Shown: positions 39,626 through 49,405, counted from the first letter of the stretch. The stretch is 61,655 bases of DNA from Chloroflexota bacterium (GCA_016190625.1 JACPQF010000089.1:1-61655); one strand, 5' to 3'. Numbers and translations are program-made. The notes: generated from the sequence alone by a model not told the origin.

Positions 39626-39966
39626 TCGCCGATTTGTGAATGGCTTCCGCAGCATGACCAAGTCATGGTCCAACCCGTGGCGCCAAATGTCGAGTCTGGA
39701 TGAGGCAGTCGCAAGGCTCTCGGCGCGAATCGGCTTGAGCCGGAACGGGAATAGGTTGGGGCTTTCAATGGCGACCTACCCTTCACGCGCTGAGCTGCGC
39801 TGCCGGCTAAAGCTCGCTGTCAGCCCGCTGGCTCTCCAGCGGGCTCAGTTCTTGCCGTCGCCTCGGGCACATTTCTTCAGTCAGCTCCGACGAGGGTAAG
39901 AATTTGTGGGGAAGACCTCGGTACCCGAAAAGGCCCTTTTCGAGCACCCCCTTCGCCCGCATGGTG

Positions 39967-42900
39967 TCAGTTCACAGCTTCTTCCACCAAGCGCCGCTCT
40001 TCCTCCGCCAAGCCATAAAGGTCGTAGACCAGGCCATCGATCTCCCGGTCAGCGCTCGCGATAAGCTGGCCTAGGTCCTCCTGCTCGCTCTGCGGCAGCG
40101 AAGGTTCGGCTTTGCGCCTATGCAGCTCCAGCATTCGGTCCACAAGGGCTAACAGTCCGCTGTGCATGCCTTTACCCTCTGGATTGTCGAAGTCGACAAC
40201 CCGGATTGGGAGTTTCGAGAGGTGCTGAGGCATCACACCGTAGTGTCCGCCTTGGTGGGTAGTTGCCCTCGTACGCATCCAATAGTGCGCAAGGGCGCTG
40301 TTGAGGATGCCCATCAAGTAGCGGTACTGGTTTGGGCGTTCCTCCTTCAACGTAATGCAGTAACCTCCAGTGGTGACATTTACTGTATACAGGATACCTT
40401 GAGAATCGAAGTGCGCCGCAATGCGCCTGGTCATGTAAGGGAGCATGAGCTTAGGCTGATCGAATTGCGCCAGATTCTGGGTGCGACCATAGCGATACCA
40501 CTTTGGGCCCTTGTGCTTGCCCATTTCCCTTTGCTCAAGCCTTGCCCGATTGGCAGAAAGGTACTCCCAAGTTCGGGGAAACTCGACTTGCAGGAGGTCC
40601 TCATCCAAGATCTCCATCTCCTCGCCGTGACGTCGGTACGGGAACAACAGCAACAACCCGCTTTCGTCAGCAGAGTACCGATGAACGTGGCGTGACCCGA
40701 TAACCACGGGCTTGAGCAGGCCAGGTTCCAGTTCATGCTCGGATTGAGTCGTGCGGGAAAACACCGTCCATGTTCCATCTTGCTTCAGTGCCCTCTTTTC
40801 CACGACGAACACTTTGTCAGCACCTGTGACCAAACCCTGAAATATCCTCCTGGCTACGTCTTTCAGGGGAACTCCACGAACGGAGAGCTTCTCCATCAAA
40901 GGCTCGCCACGGGCGGGAGGCCACGCGCCGTTGTGGATCGCGTCCTGGGCAACACGCCGCTCGACTCGATCGGCAGGATTGCCTAGCCCTCCCGCTTCCG
41001 GCTGGGGAGTTTCGTGGAGGACGGCATAGTAAAGGAGCCTTTCTTCCCGCCCTTTGCGCAGGATAAGCATGGTCGGATAGGTGGTGGTGCCACCAAAGAC
41101 TTGAAGAGCCGATAGGTCGATTATCATGTCGACTGCGGATTGTTGACGAATAAGAGCGCGCACCTTACTTCCGGACGTGGATCTAAGGAACTTCCCCGAG
41201 GTAATGAAGCCAAGGCGCCCGCCCTGCTTAAGGAGTCGGATGGCCTGCTCGATGAATAGGATGTAGAGGTCGAAAGAGCCAAAGGAGGTCTCGAAATGGT
41301 CGCGGAAGTAGTCTCGCTCTTGTTCCTGCAAACTCTGGATGCGAACGTACGGCGGATTCCCCAGCACCACGTCGAAGCCGCCACACGCCATGACTGCGGG
41401 GAACTCGCCGGCCCAATTGAAGGGGCGCTTCTCCCGCCAGCGATCGCCGAAGTACGGGCTTAGCTCTGCCTCGCCACCGGAAATCAGGGAATTGCCGACC
41501 TTGATGTTCTCGTTCAAAATGACGGGGAGCTTCTTGTTCCGTGAGTCGGCGAAAGCCTGCATGGTCAGGTTGACGGCGGCGATCTCGGCCGCCTCGGGAT
41601 CGAGGTCCACGCCAAACAGATGCTCCCGGAGGATGACATCCGGATAGTCAGCCACGGGCGCGGGCAGATGCCTGATTTCTTCAAGATGCTCCATCAAGCT
41701 CAACTGAGTGGCCTTGCGCACCAGGCGGGCCTGCTCCTGAGCGATGTCATCATTGAGGCGACGGTAGAACTCCGCCAGCACCTGGTAGGCGTAGATGAGG
41801 AAGGAGCCGGAGCCACAAGCGGGGTCCAGAACGGCCAGGCCCCGGACCTTCTGTATGGCGTGCAGCCCGTGTTCCTCCTCCAACTCCTTCAGGCGGCGGC
41901 CCAAGGTGTTGTCCACGATGTACTGCACCACCCAGCGGGGAGTGTAGTAGATGCCCCGGCCCTTTCGCACGTCCCGCCGCTCTTCGTCCTCCACCCGCCC
42001 ATTACGCAAGGCCAGCTTGGTGCCCAGGTAGCTTTCATGGGTGCTGCCGAGGATATCCGAAGTGAACTTGCGGAAGGAAATGCCGTTCATCTCCTCGATA
42101 ACCTGAGCCAGGGTCTGGTTGGGAATGGCAAGCAGCTCGCAGATGTGGCCAGGCGCGAAAAGAGTTGTGTTGTGGTGCTGGTCCATCATATGAGACAGGT
42201 CGGCGAAGGCCCGCATCAGATGGTCAGAGCGCGCATATGCGCCCCGGTTGCGATATTCCGCCAGAGTTGTGTCCAGTAGGTCGTGCGCCAGGAGGACCTC
42301 TTTATCGTCGCCGTAGCGAATCAATATCAGGCGGTCGAGAATGCGCTGCACCCCCGCCATGAGCCGGTCGAAGTCGAAGCTGCCGTCACCACGAAGAAGG
42401 ATCGGGTTGCTGACGTTGTGCTCGTGGATCGCATTCGCCAGTTGCAGGCGCCAGCGGCGGAGGGCGGCGAGAAACTCGAGATCTACGTCCTTCTTCTCAA
42501 ACTGACCCTCCCACCACGGCAGGCTTCCCCGCTCCACCTCGGCCGGCGAAAGGCGCCAGAGGGCCTCGAAGTTTCTGAGGTAATCTTGGGGATGATCGAA
42601 GGCGTAGATCAAGCGCTCGTGGTCGGCGTTGAAAACGTGGAGCCGCTCGAAGTTGGTGAGAATGGCGTAGGTGATGCTCTTGCCGCGAGCGTAGCGGAAG
42701 GCTTGCTTCTCCTCGACGGTGCGGTCGCCGGAGCGCTGCGCCGAGGCCGGTATCCTCCCGAAGCGCTTGGCTTCAAGGAAGAGAACGGGCTGGCCACGCA
42801 ACTCGAGGCCGACGTCGACAAACCCGGCGCCACGGACATAGCCCTCTCGCCGGTAGTTGGTAATCTGACCCGGGTCGTTAAAGACGTTCCAGCCAAGAGC

Positions 42901-43029
42901 CTGAAAGAGCAAATCAACATACCCCGCCCGGACGTCGGCTTCCGACTGGGCGCGGTTTCGCTCTCCGTCGAACTTGTCGACAAGCTTGGCGACTTCGGCG
43001 CGAGCTGCGTCGGCGTTTCGTCTGTGCAT
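39967..43029 (-). CDS. Fused type IIG (Eco57I/TaqI-like) restriction-modification enzyme
   Basis: VD...LEAK nuclease motif, GIYYTP, LDPACGSG, GNPPY, TaqI-like C-terminal region, IDGLVYDLYGL tail; likely start ATG 43029. Confidence 0.9.
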   Translation of the reverse strand: MHRRNADAARAEVAKLVDKFDGERNRAQSEADVRAGYVDLLFQALGWNVFNDPGQITNYRREGYVRGAGFVDVGLELRGQPVLFLEAKRFGRIPASAQRSGDRTVEEKQAFRYARGKSITYAILTNFERLHVFNADHERLIYAFDHPQDYLRNFEALWRLSPAEVERGSLPWWEGQFEKKDVDLEFLAALRRWRLQLANAIHEHNVSNPILLRGDGSFDFDRLMAGVQRILDRLILIRYGDDKEVLLAHDLLDTTLAEYRNRGAYARSDHLMRAFADLSHMMDQHHNTTLFAPGHICELLAIPNQTLAQVIEEMNGISFRKFTSDILGSTHESYLGTKLALRNGRVEDEERRDVRKGRGIYYTPRWVVQYIVDNTLGRRLKELEEEHGLHAIQKVRGLAVLDPACGSGSFLIYAYQVLAEFYRRLNDDIAQEQARLVRKATQLSLMEHLEEIRHLPAPVADYPDVILREHLFGVDLDPEAAEIAAVNLTMQAFADSRNKKLPVILNENIKVGNSLISGGEAELSPYFGDRWREKRPFNWAGEFPAVMACGGFDVVLGNPPYVRIQSLQEQERDYFRDHFETSFGSFDLYILFIEQAIRLLKQGGRLGFITSGKFLRSTSGSKVRALIRQQSAVDMIIDLSALQVFGGTTTYPTMLILRKGREERLLYYAVLHETPQPEAGGLGNPADRVERRVAQDAIHNGAWPPARGEPLMEKLSVRGVPLKDVARRIFQGLVTGADKVFVVEKRALKQDGTWTVFSRTTQSEHELEPGLLKPVVIGSRHVHRYSADESGLLLLFPYRRHGEEMEILDEDLLQVEFPRTWEYLSANRARLEQREMGKHKGPKWYRYGRTQNLAQFDQPKLMLPYMTRRIAAHFDSQGILYTVNVTTGGYCITLKEERPNQYRYLMGILNSALAHYWMRTRATTHQGGHYGVMPQHLSKLPIRVVDFDNPEGKGMHSGLLALVDRMLELHRRKAEPSLPQSEQEDLGQLIASADREIDGLVYDLYGLAEEERRLVEEAVN

Positions 43030-43238
43030 GAGAGTTCCTGCATGGACCAACTCGGTCCTGAGGGAGTCCGGCGAGTGTTGCACTGAGGCAAGTATAGCAC
43101 CAAACCGCTGGCGGGTAAATCCCAAAATTCGTCGTATATATCGTCGTGCGAAGCGGCAACCTAGCGCAATTGCCAGAATTCCGGAATGAGGTTACAATTT
43201 GGCATCCAATCTGCACATGAGGCATTGTGAGGAATACG

Positions 43239-44657
43239 ATGAGTTCTCGCAGGATGAAATTGGACCGCTGGCTCTGCCTGGTCGCGCTGGCCGCTTTTCT
43301 GGCTCTTCCGCCGGCGCCGGCGGCGGCCTTCGGCGGCAGCTTGCCCAGGGGGCTTCCGGATCATTTCTTCCTCGGCCTGGCCAATCACCCCGACGAGCTA
43401 AAATGGATGGTCGGCAGCGGCGTGCCCTGGGACGCACGCTATTATTACCTCTCTGGCGGTGTCAACACAGGGCAAAGCTGGACCGACTGGTTGCCGGATG
43501 GTGGCTTCGCCTCAATCTACATGGCCGATAGCGCCCGCAACGGCTACCTGCCGGTGTTCAGCTACTACCAAATCCAAAAGTCGGCCCCCGGCCTCGGGAA
43601 CAGCGAGGTCGAGATTGCCTTCAGCAACCTGAACAACCTGGACACCATGGCCGCCTACTACGCCGAGTTCAAGCTGCTAATGGAGAAGGCGCGCGCCTTC
43701 GGCAAGCCGGTGCTGGTCCACGTCGAGCCCGACCTGTGGGGCTTCATGCAGCAGCGGATCGGCGGCGGCGAGAATCCGGCGAAGATACCGGTGTCAGTGG
43801 CCTCCTCCGGCTTCAAGGACGTGAAGGGGTTTGCCAACGACCTATCGGGTTTCGGCAAGGCCCTACTCCACCTGCGGGACCGCTACGCCAGGAACGTCAT
43901 CCTCGCCGTCCACGCCTCGCCCTGGGCCACCAACCTGGACGTGTCGACCAGCAAGGACGTCAACCTCGACGTGGAGGCCATCGGGCGAAAGACGGGGAAG
44001 TTTCTCGCCTCCACCGGCAAGTGGGACCTCGTCTTCGTCGACCTGGCCGACCGGGACGCCGGCTATCTCGAGCTGGTGCAGAAGGACGGCGGATCCCATT
44101 GGTGGGACAAGAGCAACCAGACCTATCCCAACTTCAGCCGTTTTGCCCGCTACCTCGACGCCCTCTCCTCCCAGATGAGACTGCGCCTTGTCCTCTGGCA
44201 GGTGCCCGTGGGCAACACGATCATGCGGACCTCGAACAATACCGAGGGCCACTATCAGGACAACCGGGTGGAGTATTTTCTCGACCGGTCGATCGGCGCC
44301 GTCGAGGAGTATGCCCGCGCCGGGGTGATCGGCGTCCTGTTCGGCCGCGGCGCCCCCGGCCCGAGCACCTACACCGACGACAAGAAGGACGGCGTGACCA
44401 ATCCCCTGCCGATCAACGGTAATCTGGAGATGGCAACCTTGCCGGACGACGACGGGGGTTTCCTGCGCCTGAGGGCGGGTGACTATTACGGGCAGGGGGC
44501 CTTTGCGCTTCCCTCTCCCCCGAGGCAGATCGGAGCGATCCGTCTGATCCGTCTGATCGGTCTGATCGCGCTGGCGCTGCTGGCGGGATGCGGCCTTGCC
44601 GTTTGGCGAAAAAGGACTAACTCAACTGGACGGCCAGGGCCGTCAGTTGAGCGGTGA
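43239..44657 (+). CDS. Exported, membrane-anchored putative glycoside-hydrolase-like protein
   Basis: Signal peptide, aromatic/acidic motifs (HVEPDLWG, DDDGG), C-terminal TM plus RKR; degenerate 9-bp tandem repeats 44528-44572. Confidence 0.6.
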   Translation: MSSRRMKLDRWLCLVALAAFLALPPAPAAAFGGSLPRGLPDHFFLGLANHPDELKWMVGSGVPWDARYYYLSGGVNTGQSWTDWLPDGGFASIYMADSARNGYLPVFSYYQIQKSAPGLGNSEVEIAFSNLNNLDTMAAYYAEFKLLMEKARAFGKPVLVHVEPDLWGFMQQRIGGGENPAKIPVSVASSGFKDVKGFANDLSGFGKALLHLRDRYARNVILAVHASPWATNLDVSTSKDVNLDVEAIGRKTGKFLASTGKWDLVFVDLADRDAGYLELVQKDGGSHWWDKSNQTYPNFSRFARYLDALSSQMRLRLVLWQVPVGNTIMRTSNNTEGHYQDNRVEYFLDRSIGAVEEYARAGVIGVLFGRGAPGPSTYTDDKKDGVTNPLPINGNLEMATLPDDDGGFLRLRAGDYYGQGAFALPSPPRQIGAIRLIRLIGLIALALLAGCGLAVWRKRTNSTGRPGPSVER

Positions 44658-45672
44658 GCTCGTCGGCGAGGCGGCGATCGATCTGGCCATCGCTCGCCAT
44701 TCCCCGCACGTCCTGTAGGGCCTCCTGGGTCTTCTGGAGAGCGTCCCTCGTGGCGCCTTTGATAAGCGCATCCCTGACCTCGGCGATCTGCTTTTGGAGG
44801 TCCCGCCCCGCCTTGCCGTTCTTCCCCGTCGTCGGAATGCTCCTCGCCAGAGCCTCGAGCTGGCTGAGGCGTTGCAGGGGGCTGGGGACAACTGCGGTCG
44901 GCGTCGGAACCGAAGTCGCCGTCGGTGGAACAGCCGTGGGGGTAGCGGCGGGCCTGGTGGGCGTGGCGACCGGAGACGGCGATTGGGCTGTGGTACCAGC
45001 CTTCGCCTGCCATTGCCGGGGCCAGAAGATCAGGCCGAGTAGGATGCAGAGGAAAAGCATCCCGAGCGCGAGGCCGTACATTAGGGACAAACGGACCCTC
45101 CTTGAAGTACTGCCTGCGATTGCCGCTCCGTTCGCCGATGACCGCCCCCTTGGAGGTGAAGGCAGCGCAGTTGACACCCGGACCGTGGGCGAGTCGTGAG
45201 CGGCAGATTGTTGGCCCAAAAGGCCGTCGAGCATGGCCGCTGCCGAAGGGTAGCGTTCCTCGGGATTCTTGGCTAGCGCCCGCGTTACCACCTGATCGAG
45301 CCAGAGTGGCAAATCTGGCCGCAGGGTAGAAGGAGTGGCAGGCTCGCGCTCCAGGTGCTGGGCAGCAACGGCAGCGGCAAGGTCTCCTTCAAGAGGTAAT
45401 CGCCCGGTCAGCAACTGGTAAAGCATGACGCCGACGGCATAGAGGTCGGACGCCGGGGTTGCGGGCCGGCCGGCCAGCCGTTCCGGCGCCAGATAGTGGA
45501 TCGAGCCGATCACCTCTCCCGTCTGGGTCAGCGTCGCCGCGACCGCTCCTTGGGAGATGCCGAAGTCGGCGAGCTTGGCCTGGCCATCGGCGGTGAGGAG
45601 CACGTTCTGCGGCTTGACGTCGCGGTGAACCAGTCCCCGGGCGTGGACGTGGGTCAGGGTACTTGACAGCAC
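44617..45672 (-). pseudogene. 5'-truncated Hanks-type Ser/Thr kinase with TM helix
   Basis: HRDVKPQN, DFG, YLAPE present; Gly-loop and VAIK lysine absent; in-frame TAG 5 codons upstream of the GTG. Confidence 0.75.
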
Positions 45673-45691
45673 GCCCCATGCGTGCTATTAT
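45663..45691 (+). promoter_or_regulatory. Sigma70-type promoter for the aro leader
   Basis: TTGACA-17-TATTAT with extended -10 TG. Confidence 0.8.
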
Positions 45692-45719
45692 CTGGCCAGA
45701 ATTAGTCGGACGGAGTGTC

Positions 45720-45818
45720 ATGTCAGCCTTGTCTAGCCGCATTGGTCAAGCTTATTACTGGCGCTTTTACTTTACCGGGCTGCCGGCGGCAGAGGCTGTA
45801 GCTTGGCCCAGTAACTAG
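45720..45818 (+). CDS. Aromatic amino acid attenuator leader peptide MSALSSRIGQAYYWRFYFTGLPAAEAVAWPSN
   Basis: GGAG RBS; 6 of 7 consecutive codons are Tyr/Trp/Phe; followed by a terminator and DAHP synthase. Confidence 0.85.
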   Translation: MSALSSRIGQAYYWRFYFTGLPAAEAVAWPSN

Positions 45819-45838
45819 CGCCAATCCCAAGACAGCTC

Positions 45839-45878
45839 AAGCCGTAGGCAGCCGGAAAACGCCTACGGCTTTTTGTTT
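45839..45878 (+). terminator. Attenuator terminator 1
   Basis: aagccgtaggc / gcctacggctt 11-bp stem followed by tttgttt. Confidence 0.85.
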
Positions 45879-45901
45879 GGCCGGGACTGGACGGCCCGCA
45901 G

Positions 45902-45930
45902 AAGCCATAGGCAAAGCCCTATGGCTTTTT
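45902..45930 (+). terminator. Second terminator-like hairpin, similar in sequence to the first
   Basis: aagccatagg-caaagc-cctatggctt followed by ttt. Confidence 0.65.
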
Positions 45931-45943
45931 CGCGTGTGGCTCC

Positions 45944-46050
45944 GTAGTGGCCGCCGTCTCTGGCGGCCACGGGAGGCGGGCGGGCATCCTTCTAGGAAGG
46001 ACACCGCCCTTACAGCCAATTTTGGCTCCGTAGCCGTCTCTGGCGGCCAC
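45944..46050. repeat. REP/REPIN-like cluster
   Basis: GTAG-tggccgcc-gtctct-ggcggccac, an opposing ...cgcccctac, and a truncated second copy at 46030-46050. Confidence 0.65.
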
Positions 46051-46099
46051 GGAACCGGGGACCCATACAAGTAACACTTGCACACAGTGGAGGAAGAAG

Positions 46100-46993
46100 A
46101 TGAAATCGCCGGAGCTAGAAATCGAGGAATTATCGCCGGTCAAGAAAACCCGACAGGACTACAGGCTGGTCGCCGGCTCCCCCGCCCTACCCGCCAGCGT
46201 CGTCGACGTGAGAGGCGTGCCCGTTGGCGGGGAGGAGATCGTAGTGATCGCCGGCCCCTGCGCTGTGGAAAACGGGGAGCAGGTGATGGCGACCGCTCTA
46301 TCGGTCAGGGATAGTGGCGCCAGGCTGCTGCGGGGCGGCGCTTTCAAGCCGCGCACTTCCCCCTACGACTTCCGCGGCCTGGGCGAGGAAGGACTCCAGA
46401 TCCTCGCCGCCGCCGGTCGGGCCAGTGGATTGCCCATCGTAACCGAGGTGCTGTCCGAACGTCACGTCGAGCTGGTTGCCGCCTACGCCGACGTCCTCCA
46501 AATCGGGACACGCAACATGAGCTGTTTCGCCCTGCTCGAAGAGGTGGCCCGGGCTGGGAAGCCGGTTCTCCTGAAGCGGGGCATGGCGGCCAAGATCAAG
46601 GAGTGGCTCCTCGCCGCCGAATACGTCATGGCCCAGGGGAACGACCAGATCATTCTCTGCGAGCGGGGCATTCGCTCCTTCGACTCCGATTTCTGCCGGA
46701 ACACCCTCGACCTTAACGCCGTGGCCATTGCCAAGCAGGAGACCCACCTCCCCGTCATCGTCGACCCCAGCCACGCCGCCGGGCGCTCCGACATCGTGAG
46801 CCTACTCGCCCGCGCCGCTATCGCCGTCGGCGCCGATGGGCTCCTCATCGAGGTCCACCCCACGCCCGAACAGGCCCTCTGTGACGGCTCCCAATCCCTC
46901 TCCACCGGCCAGTTCCAACGCTTCATGGATGACCTGGCTCCCCTTGCGGCCGCTTGTGGTCGCCACCTCGCGCCGCTCGCCGCGCTAGTGTGA
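46100..46993 (+). CDS. aroF: DAHP synthase type I-beta, no N-terminal regulatory domain
   Basis: IAGPCAVE, RGGAFKPRTSPY, LLKRG, CERGIR, DPSH, EVHP, CDG. Confidence 0.93.
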   Translation: MKSPELEIEELSPVKKTRQDYRLVAGSPALPASVVDVRGVPVGGEEIVVIAGPCAVENGEQVMATALSVRDSGARLLRGGAFKPRTSPYDFRGLGEEGLQILAAAGRASGLPIVTEVLSERHVELVAAYADVLQIGTRNMSCFALLEEVARAGKPVLLKRGMAAKIKEWLLAAEYVMAQGNDQIILCERGIRSFDSDFCRNTLDLNAVAIAKQETHLPVIVDPSHAAGRSDIVSLLARAAIAVGADGLLIEVHPTPEQALCDGSQSLSTGQFQRFMDDLAPLAAACGRHLAPLAALV

Positions 46994-47055
46994 CTTTGCT
47001 TATTTGGGAAACAAAGCTGCGTCTTCACCCCAGGCAGCGCGCTCTTTCCTACAGC

Positions 47056-47092
47056 GTAGGGGCGAATCCTTCGGCGGAAGAATTCGCCCTAC
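47056..47092. repeat. GTAG REP-like palindrome with mini-hairpin core
   Basis: gtaggggcgaa-tccttcggcggaagaa-ttcgccctac. Confidence 0.8.
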
Positions 47093-47201
47093 ATCTCCCG
47101 AAATCAACGTTTGTCACAAACCGGGCAATCCCCCGGCCGGGCTGGCGCAGACCTTGCAGCATGAAGGGTCAGAATCATCACCAAGAGGGGAGATAACCTA
47201 A

Positions 47202-48479
47202 ATGCTCGAGCCCGCGAAGACAGTCCTGCCCAACGGCGTGCGCGTTATCAGCGTCACCCAGGCGGAATCCGCCTCCGCCTCTCTGCGGTTCCTACTCAAG
47301 GCTGGCAGCGCCTTCGAGACGGAGGAGGAGCAGGGCATAAGCCATTTCACCGAACACCTTCTCTTCCAGGGCACCGAGCGTCGCCCCAGCTTCGGCGCCA
47401 TCGGGCGGGCTATCGAGTCCATCGGCGGCAGCATCAACGGCCAAACCGGCCATCTGGTAACCTCCTATTACTCTCACGTTCTCCCTGCCCACCTGGAAAC
47501 CGCCTTCGACGTGCTGAGCGACCTGCTTCTGCATCCCCGCCTGGATCCCAACGAGGTGAACCGCGAGCGCCAGGTGGTGCTAGAAGAGATAAACCGCCGC
47601 CACGACCGGCCCGACGAGTACGTCTGGTCCATCCTCCAGAGGCTCCTCTGGCCCGGCCAGGCGATGGGGAGAGAGACTCTGGGCACGCCCGAGACCCTGG
47701 CTACCTTCGACCGCGACAAGCTGGCCAGCTACCTACGCCACTGGTACCGCTCAGCCGACCTCGTCGTCGCCGCGGCCGGCCCGCTTCCCCACGAGGAGGT
47801 GATCGAGCTTGCCAATCGCTACTTGGGAGAGATGCCACTATCCGACCCCCATCCCCTGCCGGAAGCCACCCTCCAGCCTGGCAGAGACGTGCAGGTGGAG
47901 CCGCGCCCGACAGCCCAGACCCATCTATGTCTCGGCTTCCCTGCCTTCGGCCATCTCGACCCCCGCATCACGCCCTATCAGGTTCTAATCACCCTGCTGG
48001 GGCGGGGGATCAGCTCCCGACTGTTTCTCAGCGTCAGAGAACGTCTCGGTCTCGCCTACTCGGTAGGCGCTGCCGCCGTCGACCTCGTGGTCACGGGCGG
48101 CCTCGTCGTACGCTCCGGTCTGCGCTCCGACCGGTTGAGCGATGCGATCAAGACCGTTATCTGGGAGTTGGAGCATCTCAAGAGCCAGCCCGCCACGGAG
48201 GAGGAGCTCGCCCGGGCCAAAGAGCTGGAAAAGGCCAAGATCCTCTTCGGACTGGAGCGGGCCGAAGTGGTAGCCGATCACTTCGGCGGCCAGGAGCTGC
48301 TGCTGGGGCGGATGGAGCCCATAGAGAACATGGTGAGAAGGATAGACAGCACCACCGTCGAGGAGTTACAGGTCCTTGCCCGCTCCCTGTTCCGCTTCGA
48401 CGACCTGAAGGTCGCCGCCATCGGCGACCTGGACCGGGATGTCCTCGCTCGCTACCTCGACCAGTCGCTGGGCACCTAG
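47202..48479 (+). CDS. M16 family zinc peptidase
   Basis: GISHFTEHLLFQGT (HxxEH), ERQVVLEE, SSRLF..VRERLGLAY. Confidence 0.95.
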   Translation: MLEPAKTVLPNGVRVISVTQAESASASLRFLLKAGSAFETEEEQGISHFTEHLLFQGTERRPSFGAIGRAIESIGGSINGQTGHLVTSYYSHVLPAHLETAFDVLSDLLLHPRLDPNEVNRERQVVLEEINRRHDRPDEYVWSILQRLLWPGQAMGRETLGTPETLATFDRDKLASYLRHWYRSADLVVAAAGPLPHEEVIELANRYLGEMPLSDPHPLPEATLQPGRDVQVEPRPTAQTHLCLGFPAFGHLDPRITPYQVLITLLGRGISSRLFLSVRERLGLAYSVGAAAVDLVVTGGLVVRSGLRSDRLSDAIKTVIWELEHLKSQPATEEELARAKELEKAKILFGLERAEVVADHFGGQELLLGRMEPIENMVRRIDSTTVEELQVLARSLFRFDDLKVAAIGDLDRDVLARYLDQSLGT

Positions 48480-48536
48480 CCGGGCGGGGACCAAACACGA
48501 AGGCACGAAGTCGCACAAAGAACACAAAGAGACTTA

Positions 48537-48700
48537 GTGGTGCATCCGGTAAGTAGTTGCAATCCATCCCGCTCAGGGCGTCCTTCAGCGGAAGGACGCC
48601 CCTACATGTGGGTCAACGTAGCCAAAACATGTAGGGGCGGCTCGGGAGCCGCCCATGACCACCGTTTCTGTTAGTACCACGGATTCACCGGATGGACCAC
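48537..48700. mobile_element. MITE family B nested in another palindromic repeat
   Basis: gtggtgcatccggtaa ... tcaccggatggaccac, flanks TTA/TTG, two REPs inside; outer arms aacacgaaggca / tgccttcgtgtt. Confidence 0.75.
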
Positions 48701-48758
48701 TTGGTGCTCTTCGGCTACTTGATGCCTTCGTGTTTCCGCTGTCCACCGGCGCTGACCG

Positions 48759-49322
48759 CTACGGGCGTGGCGATCTCGTTTTCCCGAATAAGCCGCCGCC
48801 CTCTTCCACGTCGACTCGCAGGGTCAGCAAAACGCCGGCCACGGCCCGCCAGAAGACGGCCGACAGCGTCAGCTCGACGATCTCCCTGGCGTTCAGGAAA
48901 CTGCCGGCGCGGGCGAAGGTTTCATCCGTGACGTCGTCGCCCCTGAACACCTCGTCGGCGAACTTGAGCACAGTTTTCTCTCGCTCGTCGAAGGCGCCGC
49001 TGCTTTCCCAATCGGCTACGGCGGCTATCTGCTCCTCGGTCACCCCTACTTCCCGGGCTATCGCCGCGTGCTGCGTCCACTCGTACTGGCAGCCACTGAG
49101 CACTGCCACCCTCAGGATCACGATCTCCCGCAGCTTACCGTCGAGCTGGGCCTTCGTCATCAAGGCATTCCCCAGTTTCATGAAGGGCAGCATGCCCGCC
49201 GGGGTATGGCCCACCATGCGATAGATATTGACTATCCTCGCCCCATTCCGCTCCAGCTTGCGAAAGACCTCTTGCACCGCCGGCTCGGCGTTGAACCGGT
49301 CGACATAAGGCAATCGCGCCAT
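48759..49322 (-). CDS. Carboxymuconolactone decarboxylase/AhpD family protein
   Basis: LREIVILRVA...CQYEWTQH; AAGGAGG RBS before ATG 49322. Confidence 0.9.
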   Translation of the reverse strand: MARLPYVDRFNAEPAVQEVFRKLERNGARIVNIYRMVGHTPAGMLPFMKLGNALMTKAQLDGKLREIVILRVAVLSGCQYEWTQHAAIAREVGVTEEQIAAVADWESSGAFDEREKTVLKFADEVFRGDDVTDETFARAGSFLNAREIVELTLSAVFWRAVAGVLLTLRVDVEEGGGLFGKTRSPRP

Positions 49323-49405
49323 CTCTTGTCCCTCCTTTTCCTTTTCCGCGGACTTGCTCCGCTTGACATTCAACCGTCCGGAAACCTATATCGTTAGCGT
49401 AAGGT

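Noticed and set aside
39636-39899. 87-aa ORF between merR and the R-M gene
   Set aside because: No RBS or recognisable motif; left unannotated.
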